This document shows, one piece after another, positions 49,371 through 54,623 of a DNA stretch of 54,623 nt (position 1 is its first letter; the number at the start of each line of letters is the position of its first letter). The notes below the pieces were generated by a model. It worked only from the letters and a program-made list of their open reading frames with translations, was not told the DNA's origin and did no database searches. The position numbers were made by a program, and so were the translations under genes. The DNA comes from Octopus bimaculoides. Its lineage: Eukaryota. The stretch lies in the NCBI RefSeq assembly GCF_001194135.2, contig NC_068986.1, positions 7,024,193-7,078,815 on the forward strand, in the 5' to 3' direction.

Positions 49371-49734
49371 ATATTATTGAAAGAAATATGATTCATAATT
49401 TAAGTAAGGAAATTTGTGAACTTTGACTGTATAAGAGTATAAACAAGTGTAAAATAGTGTAAACATCTAAAATAAAAGTATATCTAAATAACATTCTTTT
49501 CTTAATACTTTTTATGTAGTGGTCATAACTACTCATGACACAGAGGCTGGGAGCCTATTGCAGTTGAGGAGTGAGTTGTCATTAGATGTCACTTAGTTGC
49601 AAACACGCCACATAGCTGCAACAGAATGCTGTATCACCAACAATAATGTGATTTCTCACCCAGTAATCTATCAAGTCCATTTATACATTTCTCAATACAT
49701 ACTGCTGTTATGACGTCCCTCCTTCATTTTGTGC

Positions 49735-51220
49735 CTCCATCGTAGGTGGGTAGATTTGCTAGTAAGAGGAATCAAATGTAGCATGCAAGAGAGAAGACTA
49801 TGTTGGTTTGAACATGTGATGCGTATGAATGAGGACCACTGCATAAAGAAGTGTCGATCACTGAAAGTGGATGGTGCCTGCAGAAGAGGGAGACCCAGGA
49901 AAACGTGGGATGAAGTGGTAAGGACCAGTCTCAAGATTGGACCTCACAGAGAAAATGACAGTGGATCAAGATGTCAAGCAATATGAAGTTCTAGAGAAGA
50001 CCCACCCATGTCAGCAAAACTAAGTTCTAGAAGTGTTGTGTGTCCCACCCACACTTCACAAGAAAACTTCTCACACACTCTACCACAACAAACCAAACTA
50101 CGTCTCTACATTTCTTCTCTTCCTCACATTTCTGCTTCATGCACTATGCTTACCTCCCACTCCCCAATCCTGTCCACTTGGCTGTGTACCACTGAATCAT
50201 TGCTCTCTGCTAGCCTCCAACCTGTGTTCCACCCACAAGCCCTGTCTCACTATATTATTGCTATTTGCTAGCCTCTGACCTGTGTGTTTCACCCACACTT
50301 AACAAGAAAACTTTTCACTTACCCTACCAGTCTACATCCCTTCTTTTTCTCACATCTCCTCCTTAATACACTATCCAATCCTGTCCTCATGGCCCTGTTC
50401 CTCTGTATCTTTGCTATCTGGTACCCCCCCCTCCAGATTTTTGCCACTTGCTCCCCCTCCACACTCTTTAATCACACTTCCTTTGCAATATCCTATCACA
50501 CATATTATAGCATTTCAAACCTCAAGCGTATGCCCTGATGCTTGCCACCATCAACATCTCTCTCTTCCTTTACTCAACCATCCCATTTATATTCTGATCC
50601 CTATCCCTTGTGAGTATGCCTGGCATTTTGCCACCATCTGTATCCTGATTTCTCCCATTCTCTCTCTCTCTCTCTCGTCTTCTGTACTTCCCTCGGGTTG
50701 GGTAACCATGTATTTCCTTTGCAGTAGTGCACCTGTTTCTGTCTTCATTTCCAATCTCTTTCCCTAGCAGCCGGATAACCTTGTACTTCCTCTACAGCAA
50801 GACACCTGTTTCTGTCTCTGTCTCACTATAACCTTTCATCATCCGACACAAGATCACCTCCTCCAATGCCCCATTCCCTCTTAAAGTTCTTTTTTTTTTG
50901 GTCTTGCAAGTACTTGGTGATCTTGTCAGTGCAGGTGCCACTTAAAAGTACCCAGTCAACACTGTAAAGTGGTTGGTGTTCGGAAGAGCATCCAACTGTA
51001 AAAGCCTTGCCAAAACTGACCTCACCTGTGCAAGTGCCACATAAAAAAGCACTAAGTCCACTCTGCTGAGAGGTTGGTGTTAGGAATGGCATCCAGCTGT
51101 AAAAATCTTGTCAAAACAGTCACAGAAGTCTGGTGCAGGCTTCTGCGTGGCCGACTCTTGTGAAACTGTCCCACCCATGCTGGCATGGAAAACAGATGTT
51201 AAATGATGATGATGATGATA
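49735..51220 (+). mobile_element. RTE C-terminal ORF plus ~1.2-kb pyrimidine-rich 3'UTR and (GAT)n tail
   Basis: ERRLCWFEHVMRM...RGRPRKTWDEVV continues directly into the CT-rich UTR and terminal modules. Confidence 0.82.
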
Positions 51221-51436
51221 AATATATGTACACACACACACACAAAAAAAAGTCATGTCACTCAGCAGAACAGTTTAGAGTTTTCCTAAGTTGACACACT
51301 GTCATATGTTTACAGCCAAATGTGCAATATATATTATAGAGGGTTGAGGCACCAAACTTATAGATGAAGCAAAAGTAATTTTAAAAAAGCCACCAATTGT
51401 AGTAGATATTAAAAAAAATAATCAAACTGAACTTAC

Positions 51437-52905
51437 CACAATTCAGCCAATCATGATTCTGAATGGCTTTCTTTTGGTGCATCATGTAGAATGCCATAGC
51501 AGATTCACTTTTCAATTTAGATATCACTTCTTTATTATCAGGTACATTGAGTTTATTAGGTTTTGTGTGTAATACTGAAAACTTAGGTTCAGCATGCTGT
51601 GGAGAATTGGGTGCATTATGTGAGGGAGACCACACGGTTTCAGACTTTGTACTATTTGGACATGGTGATTTTAGCTGGCATTTTAGAAGAGAAGGATGAC
51701 CTGATGGTGACATTGGTGGAGAAGCAGGCTGTTTATGAGAAACTTTCGATTCAGATACAGTTACATTTAAAGTTGAATTGATATTTGAAGTAGACATATT
51801 CTGAAGAGAATCAGTATGTGAAGAAGCAGTAGGAAGAGGTGGTTGAAGTGGTGATGGTGGTGGTGGTGGTGGTGGTGGTGGTGGTGGAGGTGGTTGAGAG
51901 GAAGGTGGAGTGGATATGGAAACTTGAGTGAGCCCTGGAGAAAGAGCTGCAGTAGGTAGATTTGTGGGAGATGACTTTACATAGGTTTCAGAAATAGAAA
52001 ATCCATCATCTGTAACTGGTTTAGCAACAGTAGTTGTCAAAGCTACTGATGGAGATGGTTTCATGAAAGCTATAGCCACAGCAGGCTCTGATGCAGTTTT
52101 ACAACAAGCAGAACTACTGAGATTCAAGGCTTGAGAAACAAGAGGTGTTGAAGACAAACATTGAGTTGTACTACCAGGATAATCTTGAGTCTTTTTCAAT
52201 TTGTCTTTAATTTTGTTCTGAGCTATTTTCGTCTGCAACCGGTTCATAGTTCTTGAACTTTCCACTTTGCCTTTTAATTTTTGATCAGGTTTTTGAGTTT
52301 TTCGGCCTTCAAGTTTTTCTGCTAATTCTGGATAAAGTTTAGCTATGGGAGTACCAATCCCAGAACTTGCAACAGCCGTAGTGCTCGTTTCAGCTGATGA
52401 TCGGGCCCACTGTGGAGGTTGGTGTGAAGCCACAGATTCCACAGGCTTTCCAGATGTTGAAAGCCCACCAGTACTACCACTCCCATTATTAGTGCTGCAT
52501 GGTACTGCACTGGACACAGCAATAGTAGCAGCATTACCAAATATAACAATGTTGTTGTTATTATTAATATTGGCATTATTATTGTTAGTGGTAATTGTTG
52601 TTGCTGTTGTAGTGGTAGTAGTAACAGTAGTAACAGTAGTAGTTGTAGTAGTACTATTATGACTTGGATTTGTTGAAGTTTTAAGTACATCAACAGACAC
52701 AGGATCAGGAAATGCATAGGGATCCTCAGGATCCTCAATTGAGTCCTCTTTGCCTTCACACTGTTTGAGATGAAATTTTGATTTAACTCTATCTTTGAAA
52801 GACATCCGGCTATCAAGGAAAATATCTCCATCGCCACGTTCCGTCTTTGCTTTTGCTTCTCTCTGTTGCAACATTCCATGAACTGGCACACTACTATTTC
52901 GTGAC
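51437..52905 (-). CDS. INO80D: INO80 complex subunit D orthologue, first coding exon in the window (1469 bp, phase 2 to 1)
   Basis: Acceptor tttttgacag|G and donor TGTG|gtaagt. Contains EDPYAFPDP and NRLQTKIAQNK, resembling human INO80D EDPFAFNEE and KKLQSKLAQNR (recalled). Has poly-T/N/P tracts. Upstream exon(s) lie outside the window. Confidence 0.88.
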
Positions 52906-53504
52906 CTGTCAAAAAATTTTTAAATGTTATTTATATATAAACTTACAAAATTTTTTTACAGATATAAAAATAGCACATCAACATAGTTAATTAAAATTTT
53001 AAATAATAATAATAGATATATAATTGGGGTTTTATTAAAGTATTGAATAAAATTTACACATGGAATGACAAATCACTTATGAACTGTTAGAATAAAAGCA
53101 ATTAGAAAATATTTCAACATTCAAATAGTGTCAGGTGTAAGCTAAATTTCAATTTTACTGTTCAGAGAGAGTCAAAGCAGATAAATGACAAATAAAAATA
53201 TTCGCTTTCAAAATTTTAGAATATTTCCAGTTTTCCAAAATGGATAGCAATTTTCATTTTTAATCTTTATTTTTCATAACAACATTAATATCTGATATAT
53301 AACTACGTAAGAAAAATTTCTTGCCTCAGAAAGTGTCTAGGTTGTAACCCCCCAAGAAAGCATGCACATGTCAAAAGCAGAGGATTGCTATTTGACTCAT
53401 TAAGTCCCACCTTTAGTACAACTGAGACTTTAATTCAATCAATATCTACAATAAATCAACTGAGTGTAAACTTGCAATTAATGTTACAATGAAAATTATC
53501 ATCA

Positions 53505-54200
53505 CTATCATCATCATTGTTTAATGTCTGTTTTTCCATGCTGGCATGGGTTGAATGGTTTGACAGGAGCTGGCAAATCAGAGAGCTGTCCTGGCTCCAA
53601 CTGTCTGTTTTGGCATGGTTTCTATAAATGGATGCCTTTCCAAATGCCAATCACTTTACAGAGTGTGATAGGTGCATTTTACATGCTACCAGCATGGGTG
53701 CACTCTACAGGACACCACCACGAGTGCATATTTTATATGGCACTGGCACTTACAAGACAGAGAATTCTCAGCTGGGAAAGGGAGTTGGGGCATGGCCATA
53801 AAGAGATATGTTTCAACTATCATGTCTCTAAATCTCTGACCACTCAGAGGGTCCTTAAGCTTCCAGACCTTTCTTTTCCACACTGGTTGTCTTCTTGAAC
53901 TATTTCTAACCTTATTCTGAAATGACAATTGAAGATTATAACTGCTAGAGAGAGGATGTCTAACATCAGAAGAGTGAGTAGCAGCTAATGGTATAGAAGG
54001 ATAATGAAAAGAGAAGTGACCCGAGTGAAGGAGATTAGTTTGTTGGTAGGAGAGAGCGAGAGACACTGAGAGAGTGGATATAGAGTACTGGATTCCACTA
54101 GATCTGATGCAACATGAATTATTCAGACAACTTAATGGGATTGAGACAGCAAGATCCCAACAAAAAGTAGGTGGAGGTTAGCAGCATCATCAGTCATACA
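53505..54200 (-). mobile_element. Composite degenerate RTE (terminal module, EN-linker fragment WKRKVWKLKDPL)
   Basis: Module at 53505-53700; ORF remnant similar to about 6430-6540. Confidence 0.7.
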
Positions 54201-54514
54201 AGATACCACTACTTGCCTTGATATTGTGCTCTACGAGCTGTGAAGCTAAGCATATTGAGATCTGACTACACTATTTTTGACATTTTTTTTCACTCAGCAT
54301 TCATCGTGTTCTCATCAAATATCCATATCAATGCAGACATATTTCCTGGATACATTGCCTACCATCAATTATGCTCAGTTGTTCCATCTCATACTACTAT
54401 ATCTTTCATTCAGGTTACCATTACTTATCACACTTTCATTATAACTATCCTCACACAAATTTCATCATCATGTTTACAAAACTACCAAAACTGTGTGCAC
54501 GTGCACATTTATCT

Positions 54515-54574
<60 letters not shown>

Positions 54575-54623
54575 CAGGGGTTGGACTGGCTCCTGTGCCG
54601 GTGGCATATAAAAGCACCAGCGA

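Noticed and set aside
52343-52912. Alternative-frame and antisense ORFs over the large INO80D exon (52343-52912, 52345-52662, 51599-51781) and 28383-28616, 32500-32697
   Set aside because: These are shadows of low-complexity coding sequence with no independent splice or homology support.

Overview
AT-rich, intron-containing eukaryotic DNA with three N gaps. The repeat complement (tRNA-derived SINEs, RTE-clade LINEs with (GAT)n tails, (TA)n microsatellites) suggests an octopus/coleoid cephalopod; this is inference. Two convergent genes can be rebuilt by hand from splice sites and reading phase. (1) A small + strand single-TM gene (82 aa, COX14-like; coding exons 10444-10567 and 14078-14202) that the ORF track misses. 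(2) An INO80D orthologue on the - strand with 10 phase-consistent coding exons from 52905 to 28442; its N-terminal exon(s) lie beyond the right edge. The rest is mostly degenerate RTE LINE pieces, four SINE families, piggyBac-type MITEs, a Helitron remnant and microsatellites. The most interesting signal is a ~360-bp element embedded in (TA)n (8941-9303), bounded by an 11-bp direct repeat and carrying a minimal type I hammerhead ribozyme fold (9098-9142); it looks like a retrozyme or Penelope-like monomer, in the sense orientation of the COX14-like intron. Also notable: a PHD-like finger inside the RTE reverse transcriptase, a modular shared RTE 3' end, a pre-miRNA-like hairpin in a TE-poor putative long INO80D 3'UTR, and a tandem Helitron junction. 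No prokaryotic-type systems such as CRISPR or operons are present. TE boundaries are approximate unless a target-site duplication (TSD) is quoted.
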